A stretch of 64,000 nucleotides of DNA from the NCBI GenBank assembly GCA_965205485.1, contig OZ242180.1, forward strand, positions 1,792,001-1,856,000, written 5' to 3'. How positions within the stretch are numbered: the first letter of the stretch is position 1; every line of letters begins with the position of its first letter. The notes beneath the pieces were generated by a model. That model was not told where the DNA came from. It did not search any database and saw only the letters and a program-made list of their open reading frames with translations. The translations under genes were made by a program, and so were the position numbers. Positions 29,850 through 37,998 of this stretch are shown here, piece after piece. This stretch comes from Candidatus Latescibacterota bacterium. Lineage in GTDB: Bacteria > Latescibacterota > UBA2968 > GCA-2709665.

Positions 29850-30236
29850 TTATCCGCCAACCTGCGCGATTCGCTTTACGATCCACTCAACGTAGGCTTT
29901 ACGGGTCATACCTCGTCTTCGCGACTCGCCGTCAATAAAGGCCGCAACGCCCTCGTCCAGGGTCATATGGGCGCGGACGTTGCGGCCTGTTACGCGGATT
30001 AACGGGACCGACACAAGCGTATTCCCGCGCGGAACTTCCAACTGCTCGAAAGCACTCGGCAGCGGGATCTTCCCACCGTCCTTCTCGGCCTCGATTGCGT
30101 ATTCGCGAAGGGCTTCTTCGGCGTTCACCAGCGCCTCGTCGACGGTGTTTCCCATAGTGACGATTCCGGGAAGGTCGGGAAACGTAACCCCATAGGCGCC
30201 TTTTTCGCCATCGATTAACGCAGGGTATCGATCCAT
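29850..30236 (-). CDS. hicB: HicB family antitoxin
   Basis: YPALIDGEKGAYGVTFPDLPG..TMG.T.DEAL.NA.EAL, with a C-terminal RHH-like segment. Confidence 0.9.
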   Translation of the reverse strand: MDRYPALIDGEKGAYGVTFPDLPGIVTMGNTVDEALVNAEEALREYAIEAEKDGGKIPLPSAFEQLEVPRGNTLVSVPLIRVTGRNVRAHMTLDEGVAAFIDGESRRRGMTRKAYVEWIVKRIAQVGG

Positions 30237-30250
30237 ATTCCGGTTCTCCT

Positions 30251-30298
30251 TCCGTCCCTTTCAAGGAGGCGCTTGATGCGAATCGTTGTGGTTTGCAA
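30251..30298 (-). pseudogene. Remnant 5' end of a hicA toxin gene
   Basis: TTG-started frame reads (M)QTTTIRIKRLLERDG, like the HicA N-terminal helix (..I.R.LERDGW), then runs straight into the hicB RBS. Confidence 0.55.
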
Positions 30299-30319
30299 TT
30301 CTGCTTCCCGCTTGTTATA

Positions 30320-30348
30320 TATATGCCCGTTTCCCTGGGAAATGTCAA
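30320..30348 (-). promoter_or_regulatory. Putative hicAB promoter with operator palindrome
   Basis: TTGACA-N17-CATATA; the spacer contains the palindrome TTTCCCAGGGAAA. Confidence 0.45.
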
Positions 30349-30511
30349 CTCATTTAGTGCAAATAAATGAACTTTCCCAATCCTGACTCTCAGCGTAAAT
30401 TCGAAAAAAGACAACACTAAGGCGAAATCCCCTAGAGCGAACGAAGAACAGTGAGACGACACCATAGAATCCGATAACAAAAAGAACAACGGCGAGTGCG
30501 GCGGTCTTCAG

Positions 30512-31912
30512 ATGTCCCCCGAGGCGATGCTCGACCTCGCGCGTAACGCCGCCGAACTCCTGGTTGCCCGTTTCGCGAATCTACCGGCGGAAGGCGCCTG
30601 GGACGGTGAATTTCGCCGGGAACTGGATGACCGTCTGATGGCGCCGCCGCCGGAAGATGGACGCCCCGCGGTGGAGGTGATGGAGCAGGCCGCGAAGGAC
30701 ATTCTTCCCGTGGCGACCCGGCTCGATCATCCACGGTGCTTCGGTTTCATCCCGTCGTCCACCACCTGGCCGGGCGTGCTTGCCGACTTTCTGGCAGCGG
30801 GGTACAACAATAACGTCTGCACCTGGCTGGTTGCCAGTGGCCCGAGCCAGCTTGAACTGGTGGTCATTGACTGGCTGCGAAACTGGATCGGCTATCCGGA
30901 AAGCGCCGGCGGCCTGCTCACGAGCGGCGGCTCGGCCGCCAGTCTGGACGCATTCGTGGCGGCGCGTGAAGCGGCCGGAAATGCGGACCGGCCGACCGTG
31001 TATATGTGCGACCAGAGCCACAGCGCGCATATACGTGCGGCGAGGATCGTGGGTGTGCGTCCGGAGCGTATTCGAATGATCGCCAGCGACGAGCGGTTCC
31101 GGCTGGACATGAACGCGCTGGCGCGGTCCGTGGCCGAGGACCGTGCGGCGGGCTTCAACCCGATTGCGGTTTGCGCCAACGCCGGAACCAGCAGCACCGG
31201 CGCGATAGACCCCCTGGAGGCGATGGCGGATTACTGCGAGGCGGAAGGCATCTGGCTGCACGTGGATGCGGCGTACGGCGGTTTTGCGGCGGTAACCGAG
31301 CGGGGCAAGCGTCTCCTGAAGGGGATCGCGCGCGCCGACTCGGTCGGCCTGGACGCCCACAAGTGGTTCTTCCAGCCCTACGAGGCGGGATGCCTCCTGG
31401 TGAAGGACGCCGGCGCCCTCGAGCGCGCATTCGCCGTGCACCCTGATATCCTGCAGGATACGGTGTGGGGTACGAACCATCCGAATATCGCGGACCGGGG
31501 CTTGCAGTTGAGCCGGTCCATGCGCGCACTGAAGATCTGGATGTCGGTACAGACGTTCGGGATGGCGGCGTTCCGGTGCGCGATATCGAGAGGGATGGAG
31601 CTTGCGATTCGCGCCGGTGAGTACGTGGAGGAGAATGAGAACCTGGAACTCGTGACGCCCGTGTCGCTGGGCGTGGTATGTTTTCGTGTGAATCCCCGCA
31701 GCGGGGAACTGGACGAGGCGTCCCTGGAGGAAATCAACAGAACGGTGCTTGCACGCGTGTTCTGGGAAGATCGTGCGTTTTTTTCTTCAACGCTTCTGCA
31801 CGGGACGTTTTCGCTGAGGCTGTGTATCATCAACCACAACACCACGTGGGAAGACGTCCGGGAAACCCTTGACACCGCAGAACGTTTCGGGATGGAGGCC
31901 TTGAAGCATTAG
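30512..31912 (+). CDS. Group II PLP-dependent (aromatic L-amino acid-type) decarboxylase
   Basis: HPRCFGFIP, LTSGGS, AGTSSTGAIDPL, WLHVDAAYGG, DAHKW, RALKIW. Confidence 0.92.
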   Translation: MSPEAMLDLARNAAELLVARFANLPAEGAWDGEFRRELDDRLMAPPPEDGRPAVEVMEQAAKDILPVATRLDHPRCFGFIPSSTTWPGVLADFLAAGYNNNVCTWLVASGPSQLELVVIDWLRNWIGYPESAGGLLTSGGSAASLDAFVAAREAAGNADRPTVYMCDQSHSAHIRAARIVGVRPERIRMIASDERFRLDMNALARSVAEDRAAGFNPIAVCANAGTSSTGAIDPLEAMADYCEAEGIWLHVDAAYGGFAAVTERGKRLLKGIARADSVGLDAHKWFFQPYEAGCLLVKDAGALERAFAVHPDILQDTVWGTNHPNIADRGLQLSRSMRALKIWMSVQTFGMAAFRCAISRGMELAIRAGEYVEENENLELVTPVSLGVVCFRVNPRSGELDEASLEEINRTVLARVFWEDRAFFSSTLLHGTFSLRLCIINHNTTWEDVRETLDTAERFGMEALKH

Positions 31913-31965
31913 AGTGCGCCACGGGGCCGCGGGTCATACGATTACCGTACGGATTGGTGAACGCG

Positions 31966-32286
31966 TTGTTCTGTCACGGAAATAAGTTGCCAAAATTCGA
32001 CCGCCGAGTCGCCGGGCTCGTGTTCCTTCGACAAGCTCAGGACGGCGCCTTCGACAAGCTCAGGACGGCGCCTTCGACAAGCTCAGGACGGCGCCTTCGA
32101 CAGGTTCAGGAATGGGCGGGTGAGACCTGAGCCGCTCCCTGAGCTTGTCGAAGGGTCGGCGAAGGGATATCGATTGGCCATTGACGAATAATGAAACGCG
32201 CGCATTTCGACAAGCTCAATGAGCACGTTTCAGCGAGACGCGATGAATCGGCAGTCGAATGGTGAGGTTTTGTCGGGACAGAACGC
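31966..32286 (+). mobile_element. MITE-like element, family A, copy 3, expanded by nested REP-like units
   Basis: TIRs TTGTTCTGTCACGGAAAT...TGTCGGGACAGAACGC; the right end abuts the stop codon of the converging gene. Confidence 0.7.
32025..32154. repeat. Tandem 23-bp repeat CCTTCGACAAGCTCAGGACGGCG x3 plus a partial unit and an inverted unit
   Basis: Units at 32025, 32048, 32071, partial 32094; inverted CCTGAGCTTGTCGAAGG at 32138-32154; single core copies near 4207 and 32206. Confidence 0.9.
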
Positions 32287-32990
32287 TAGGGATAGAGCGA
32301 GGCCAACTCCCGGTCGATCAGTTCGGTCTTTTCGGGGTATTTTTTCTTTACGACTTGCACAATCCGGCCGCTCGTGACGTGATCGACGAATTGTTCGGTC
32401 GTCAGGTCCAGTCCTCTTGTGCATACAGATGCAACGGTCGTTCTGCGGGCGCCCAGTCTTTCTGCGACGATGCGGAAAGCCTCAGTATGGGTTTTGCCCT
32501 TTTTCATTTCTCGAATAACCGGTATGAGACAGTCCTCAAGGTGTTCATACTCCCCCTTGTCCGATTTCGGCCCGTTGATGCATCCTCGATTGACCACCAG
32601 CAGCGTCTCACGCAGCAACAGGCGCATGACCTTGCTTCGCGCGTTCGTCAGAACTGTGTTGTCGTTGTTGCTCCGTTTTTCGAGTTCATCCAGCTCCACT
32701 CTCCAGGTACCCAGTTCCGACCTCAGCCGGCCTTCCCAATTGTAATACAGGCGGCGTTCCTGCACGCGACTCGCAGGTCGTTCGGTTTCCGCGAGTCCGG
32801 CTTTGTATCGATCGAACAGGGCATCCAGTTGATCGTCGTCGTTCAATTCCGTTTCCCGGGTTCCGATTTTTTCGATCAGTTCGGTCCTGCGTGCTTCGAC
32901 GGCCCGTTTGACGCTTTGCAGTTCCCTTTCGAGCAATTCCTGGAAGAGTTCGGCGATCTGTTGCGCCAGTCCGTTTCCGGAAGACGGCAT
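32286..32990 (-). CDS. Hypothetical helical/coiled-coil protein, possible C-terminal HTH
   Basis: 234-aa ORF with GGAGGG RBS before MPSSGNG; charged helical composition. Confidence 0.65.
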   Translation of the reverse strand: MPSSGNGLAQQIAELFQELLERELQSVKRAVEARRTELIEKIGTRETELNDDDQLDALFDRYKAGLAETERPASRVQERRLYYNWEGRLRSELGTWRVELDELEKRSNNDNTVLTNARSKVMRLLLRETLLVVNRGCINGPKSDKGEYEHLEDCLIPVIREMKKGKTHTEAFRIVAERLGARRTTVASVCTRGLDLTTEQFVDHVTSGRIVQVVKKKYPEKTELIDRELASLYP

Positions 32991-33562
32991 TGAGTCCCTC
33001 CCGTGATCTTCAACGTCTGCATGTTCGCGGCGCATAACGTACAATCGTGCCCTGATTCAGGACGCTGCCGCGGTGCTTGTGACGCATCATCGGATGGGTA
33101 CGCCGCTGCCAACGCCGGGACGCGAACGACCTGCGGTGGGACGATAGCGGGCGCAAGCGGGTCTCGCGAGCGAGATACCGCGCGCCATCCTGCCGGGAGG
33201 GGTTCAATAAATATGCAAAATCAGTGCCGATTTCGATTTTTCAATTTAAATTATTAAATATCAATATGTTATCTTCAAAAGGCTACAATCTCATTCTCGC
33301 AGAAGTCGTCGCAATATGCGTCTGTCAGGACACCCGGCGGAGCGCAATCGATAGCAATGTCCGGATATAACTATTTGATTATAAACGTATTAATAGGAAG
33401 TCACAGAATGTGCAAACCGGTATGCGTTGTAACTCGAGACGTACGTCGCATTTTGCAACACATGCCGGTCGGGCACGAACAGCGGGGCGGACAGGGGACT
33501 GCTCACAACTCACCGCATGTCGCCGAGTACTCATGGCATATAACTCACAGAGGAGGAATTCC

Positions 33563-34120
33563 ATGAAAGGTCGCGGAATCGCAGCAATCGTTGCAGGAAT
33601 TGTCATCGGCGTCAGTCATATCGCCGCCGCCCACGTAGGCCACGACGGGAGCCCCGGTTCCAAATCCACCGCGTTCACGGCGGTCACCCCGATTCTGAAC
33701 GTCGAGAGTGTTGAAGCGAGCATCGCGCACTACACCAGCGTTTTCGGCTTCAAGAAGAACTGGGACTGGCCCGCAGACGTCGTGGACAAGACCTTTGCGT
33801 CCATATCCAATGGCGAAGTGACCGTCTTTCTGAGCGAGAAAGGGCAGGGGGCCCGGCCGGTCTGGATCTATTACAGCGTCGATAACGTTGACGAACTGCA
33901 CGAGAAGCTGGCGCGGGCGGGGGCGGAGATCAGGCAGAAGCCCGTCGACCGGCCCTGGGGGGCGCGGGAGATGCTCGTTGCCGACAGAGACGGCCACATT
34001 CTGCGCATCGGCGGTCCGAGCAACAGTGGGCACGGTGAAAGCGGGGAAGAACACGGCGAGGACAGGAAGAAGCACGAAGGGAGCGAAGGGGACAGCGACA
34101 AGGAGGAAGGGCACCATTAA
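33563..34120 (+). CDS. Secreted VOC/glyoxalase (bleomycin-resistance) family protein with His/Glu-rich tail
   Basis: Signal peptide ending AAA; TPILNVESVEASIAHY, VDNVDELH, DRPWGAREM.VADRDGHILRIG; RBS GAGGAGG. Confidence 0.85.
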   Translation: MKGRGIAAIVAGIVIGVSHIAAAHVGHDGSPGSKSTAFTAVTPILNVESVEASIAHYTSVFGFKKNWDWPADVVDKTFASISNGEVTVFLSEKGQGARPVWIYYSVDNVDELHEKLARAGAEIRQKPVDRPWGAREMLVADRDGHILRIGGPSNSGHGESGEEHGEDRKKHEGSEGDSDKEEGHH

Positions 34121-34149
34121 AGGGAGCCGGACCTACCCCATGAAGGCAG

Positions 34150-34432
34150 GGAGACGGTAGAGGGTAGACGGGAGAGGAAGTCCTTGCCAGGTATTTTTTT
34201 CCTCTTTGCCTCCGGCACGAAAAGAAAACTCACAAGGCAGGCAATCTCTACCCTCTTACCTCTACCCGCTTTTGAGGGGCCGGGGAGAGAGGTCGGTTAA
34301 GGGCCGTTAGACGGTAGAGGTGAGACGGGAGAAGAAGGCCTTGCCTGGTATGTTATTCCTCCTCGCCTTCGGCACGAAAATTTTCCTCACACGGCAGGCA
34401 ATCTCTCCCCTCTTCCGTCTTCCCTCTCACCG
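34150..34432 (+). repeat. Two tandem copies of structured repeat family C, with a family F fragment between them
   Basis: Copies at about 34150-34268 and 34308-34432. Confidence 0.8.
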
Positions 34433-34450
34433 TTTCTCGGGGGTTTCTTC

Positions 34451-35371
34451 ATGGATCGAGACGAAGTTCGTGCGCATCTGACAGGCATCATTTCGTCGAT
34501 CGCGACGCCGTTCAATGAGGACGGCAGCGTGGATTACGACGGCCTACGGCATCAGATCGATTTTGTGCTGGAGGGAGGGAGCCACACCGTGTTGCTCACC
34601 GCGGGAGACAGCCACTATATCTGCATGTCGGAGGCGGAGATCGCGGAGGTCACCCGGGTGACGTGCGAACACACCGCCGGGCGGGGAATGGTGGTGGCGG
34701 CCGATCGGTATTATGACACCGGGCGCTCGGTCGCCTTTGCGTCGTTCGCGAAAGAGCAGGGAGCGGACGTGCTGATGGTGCTTCCGCCGGCGTGGGGGGC
34801 TTCGAGCACGGTCGAGACGCTGGTGGAACACTACGGCAAGGTGTCACAGACCATGCCCGTGATGATCGTAACGGGCGCGTTCTCGGCGCAGGGTCCGACA
34901 TTCGGATTGAAGGTGATCGATGAAGCGCTGGACCGATACGAACGCGTGGTGGCCATCAAGGACGACATGTGCGGGGACTTCGCGCGCCGGCTCTGCCTCG
35001 TCGCGCACGAACGGGTGGCGGTGTTCGCGGGCGGGCAGAAGGTGAACCACATGAATATGTGGCCGTACGGATGCGACGGCTATATGTCGTCGTATATCAC
35101 GTTCAAGCCGGAGATCGCACGGCGGTACTGGAATGCGATCCGGAACGCCGACGTCGACGCGGCCAGAGAAGTCATCCGCGAATACGACATGCCGTTCTTC
35201 GACTATATCGGCAAGCTGACCGGCGGATGGAACGCGGGGTTCCATGGCGCGATGGAAATCTTCGGCGTGGCCGGGCGCTGGCGTCGGAAACCGTACTATT
35301 CGTTGAACGACGAGGAGATGGACGGGCTCAGGGAATTCTTCAGGTCGAAAAAGCTTCTACAGGAGCGCTGA
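34451..35371 (+). CDS. Dihydrodipicolinate synthase family aldolase/dehydratase
   Basis: TPFNEDGSVDYDGL, GADVLMVLPP, Schiff-base lysine in VAIKD. Confidence 0.88.
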   Translation: MDRDEVRAHLTGIISSIATPFNEDGSVDYDGLRHQIDFVLEGGSHTVLLTAGDSHYICMSEAEIAEVTRVTCEHTAGRGMVVAADRYYDTGRSVAFASFAKEQGADVLMVLPPAWGASSTVETLVEHYGKVSQTMPVMIVTGAFSAQGPTFGLKVIDEALDRYERVVAIKDDMCGDFARRLCLVAHERVAVFAGGQKVNHMNMWPYGCDGYMSSYITFKPEIARRYWNAIRNADVDAAREVIREYDMPFFDYIGKLTGGWNAGFHGAMEIFGVAGRWRRKPYYSLNDEEMDGLREFFRSKKLLQER

Positions 35372-35372
35372 G

Positions 35373-36602
35373 ATGAAAATCGTCGATATCGACATCATTC
35401 CGATCAACCCGGGACTCGCAGCACGGAACGCGGATCACAAGGTCCGATTTCGCGCCATCGACCAGCGGACCATTTTCAGGGTGGTGACCGACAACGGAAT
35501 CGTGGGTTACGGAGACTACCGGTCGGCCGCGCCGCCGAAGGAAAGCGTGGCACAGTTGATCGAACGCAGTCCGTTCGACTTTCTCAATCACGAGACGCTG
35601 CACCTGGCGCTGGGCGGCGCGCTGTACGACGTGATGGGCAAGCACCTGGGCATACCCGCCTACAAGCTGATGGGTCAAAAGGTGCGGGACCGTGTTCCTG
35701 TCATGGCTTGGACCCGGCCGGCATCGCCCGAAGACCTCAGCAGGGAGATCGTCCGCTCCGTGGACCAGGGCTATATGATGTTCAAGATGCATACCTGCCA
35801 GCACTTCGACGTGTTGGAGCAGAACCGGGCGGTGGAGGACGTGGCGCCGGAGGGATTCCTGATGCAGTGGGATATGAACCACAACAGGGCGATGGCAACG
35901 GTGCTGCCCATCGTGAAGGCCCTCGAGAATTCCAGGGTGGTGGGATTCATCGAGGACCCGCTGCTGCTGACCGACGTGGACGGGTGGCGGCGGCTGCGGG
36001 CGCAGTGCAATGTGCCGCTGGTGATGCATCTGCCCCCGCTGGGCGGGTTGCAGGAGATGATCATGGGCATGGCGGACGCCTATATCATCGGCGAATATTG
36101 CGGCGGGTTCGGAGATGCGCTCTTCCGGGGGTTCGCGTACGGAAAGGCGAACGTGCAGGCCGTTGTGCAGTTGACCGGCGGCACGCTGACGAAGGCGCTG
36201 GCCATGCACTTGGGGGCGGTGCTGCCGACGGCGGGACATTCGATCAATCTGGACGATCAGTACGAGGAAGACATTACAACAGAACGCATCGAGATTGCGG
36301 AGGGGTGTTCGGCGGTGCCCGAGGCGCCGGGACTGGGGTTCGACGTGGACGAGGAGAAGCTCGCGCGCCTGGCGGCCGTGGGGCCTACGGAAATGCCGAA
36401 ACACGTGGGCGTGCTCTACCTGCCCGGCGGGAATCGGATGTATGCGCCGAGCATACCGGACGTGCGCCGGCTCACCGGATTCGAGGAAGGGTCCATCCGC
36501 GGCGTGAATTCGGAAGTTTGGGAGGATGACGGATCGGAGGCGTTCGCACGGGTCTACGAACGAATCCAACTGGAGGGGGCGTTCATGGAGAAAGAGGACT
36601 GA
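35373..36602 (+). CDS. Mandelate racemase / muconate lactonizing enzyme family protein
   Basis: VTDNGIVGYG, ALYDVMGKHLGIPAYKLMG.KVRDRVP, FKM, IEDP, PEAPGLG. Confidence 0.88.
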   Translation: MKIVDIDIIPINPGLAARNADHKVRFRAIDQRTIFRVVTDNGIVGYGDYRSAAPPKESVAQLIERSPFDFLNHETLHLALGGALYDVMGKHLGIPAYKLMGQKVRDRVPVMAWTRPASPEDLSREIVRSVDQGYMMFKMHTCQHFDVLEQNRAVEDVAPEGFLMQWDMNHNRAMATVLPIVKALENSRVVGFIEDPLLLTDVDGWRRLRAQCNVPLVMHLPPLGGLQEMIMGMADAYIIGEYCGGFGDALFRGFAYGKANVQAVVQLTGGTLTKALAMHLGAVLPTAGHSINLDDQYEEDITTERIEIAEGCSAVPEAPGLGFDVDEEKLARLAAVGPTEMPKHVGVLYLPGGNRMYAPSIPDVRRLTGFEEGSIRGVNSEVWEDDGSEAFARVYERIQLEGAFMEKED

Positions 36603-36605
36603 GCG

Positions 36606-37769
36606 ATGAAGATCGCCGACATTCGGGCGCATGTCATGAACATCCCCGGAGCGGACGGGCGGACACCCAGACGGAACTGGGTCTTCGTGGAGGTGGAGAC
36701 GGACGCCGGCATCACGGGGATCGGCGAGGCCACCACGGAGCACCACGAAATGGCCGTGGCGGCGCAGGTGGAGACGGCGCTGAAACCCAGACTGCTGGGG
36801 ATGAATCCAATGGATGTGGAGCACGTCTGGCAACTGGGGCACCGGGACTTCTGGTGGAAGCGGGGCGTGGTGCAAACGAGCGCCGTCAGCGGGATCGACA
36901 TGGCGTTGTGGGATATCGTGGGCAGGGCAACCGGACAGCCCGTGTTCAGGCTGCTGGGCGGGAGAGTCCGTGACCGGGTGCGGTGTTACGCACGGGCGGA
37001 CCTGGGCCTGGATTCGCTGGAGGCGCACGCGGCACAGGCCCTTGAGGAGGGCTTCGATGCATTCAAGCACGGACACGGGCCGGCGGTCGCGCCGTTCGAT
37101 ATGGACGCCCAGGTGGACGTGGCCGTCCGGGAGATGACGCAGCTGCGCCAGGCGCTGGGGCCGGGCGTAGCGATGATGATCGACTGCGGCGGGGTGTTCT
37201 CGCCCGTCGCGGCGCACCGCCTGATGCGGGAATTGCAGCAGCTGGACATGTTTTTCGTGGAAGAGCCGATCGAGCAGAGTACGGTTGAACCGTACGTGAG
37301 ACTGAAGCGGGATTTTCCGGGAATGCGGGTTGCGGCGGGAGAGCGCTGGATCACGCGGTGGGACTGCCGGGAGTGGTTCGAGAAACAGGCGGTGGACGTG
37401 TGCCAGGTGGATATCTGCCACGCCGGCGGGATCAGCGAACTGATGAAGATCGCCCATTTGGCGGAGGTGTACGGGATCACAATCGCGCCGCACAACCCAT
37501 ACGGCCCGGTCGCGCTGGCCGCTGCCGCTCACGCAGCGGCAGCGATGCAGAATTTCGAGATCCTGGAGCACTGCCGGCTGCGTCCCTGGTTCGACGACGT
37601 GCAGACGATGGGCGTGCCGCTCTCGGCCGGTTGCGTGGACGTCGAGGAACTGGGCCGGCGACCTGGGCTGGGGGTCGAGTTGGATATGGAATTGGTCAAG
37701 TCGCGACCGTATCAGACCCTGCCCCCGCGCCGCTATATAGGTCCGGACGGGTCCATCCATTTGTATTGA
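36606..37769 (+). CDS. Enolase-superfamily sugar-acid dehydratase (galactonate dehydratase-like)
   Basis: RNWVFVEVETDAGITGIGE, SGIDMALWDI, FVEEP, AAGER, APHNPYGP, RPGLGVE. Confidence 0.88.
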   Translation: MKIADIRAHVMNIPGADGRTPRRNWVFVEVETDAGITGIGEATTEHHEMAVAAQVETALKPRLLGMNPMDVEHVWQLGHRDFWWKRGVVQTSAVSGIDMALWDIVGRATGQPVFRLLGGRVRDRVRCYARADLGLDSLEAHAAQALEEGFDAFKHGHGPAVAPFDMDAQVDVAVREMTQLRQALGPGVAMMIDCGGVFSPVAAHRLMRELQQLDMFFVEEPIEQSTVEPYVRLKRDFPGMRVAAGERWITRWDCREWFEKQAVDVCQVDICHAGGISELMKIAHLAEVYGITIAPHNPYGPVALAAAAHAAAAMQNFEILEHCRLRPWFDDVQTMGVPLSAGCVDVEELGRRPGLGVELDMELVKSRPYQTLPPRRYIGPDGSIHLY

Positions 37770-37782
37770 AAGAAGACCACTG

Positions 37783-37920
37783 CCCCGGCTCCACGCCTCC
37801 GGCGGGGGAAGGTCAACAACGGGTCAAGACGAGATACAAAATCCCTTTCCCCAAATTCCCTGCCTACGGCGTGTTCCTTTTGAAGCGACCAAAAGGAACC
37901 AAAAGTCGCCGCTGGCCGCG
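37783..37920 (+). repeat. Intergenic repeat family G
   Basis: 37848-37915 is an exact 68-bp reverse complement of 53714-53781; weaker homology extends further; fragment at about 6382-6400. Confidence 0.85.
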
Positions 37921-37998
37921 CGTCCGGTCCGGAACGCGAACCGTCGTCGTCTTAACAGTCAACTCCTGAAGGAAGACGATTAAAGAGGTGGTACCGTA

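Noticed and set aside
32025..32110. Possible CRISPR array
   Set aside because: The 23-bp units are head-to-tail with no unique spacers, there are no cas genes, and the array is nested in a MITE.
35340..37760. 806-aa minus-strand ORF and other long antisense ORFs (9505-11103, 19582-21066, 48790-50895, 46119-47438)
   Set aside because: They are shadow frames of well-supported genes in GC-rich DNA, with no recognisable motifs.
37770..37998. Lanthipeptide precursor upstream of the RamAB-like exporter
   Set aside because: No RBS-led small ORF with a Ser/Thr/Cys core was found; the space is mostly repeat family G.
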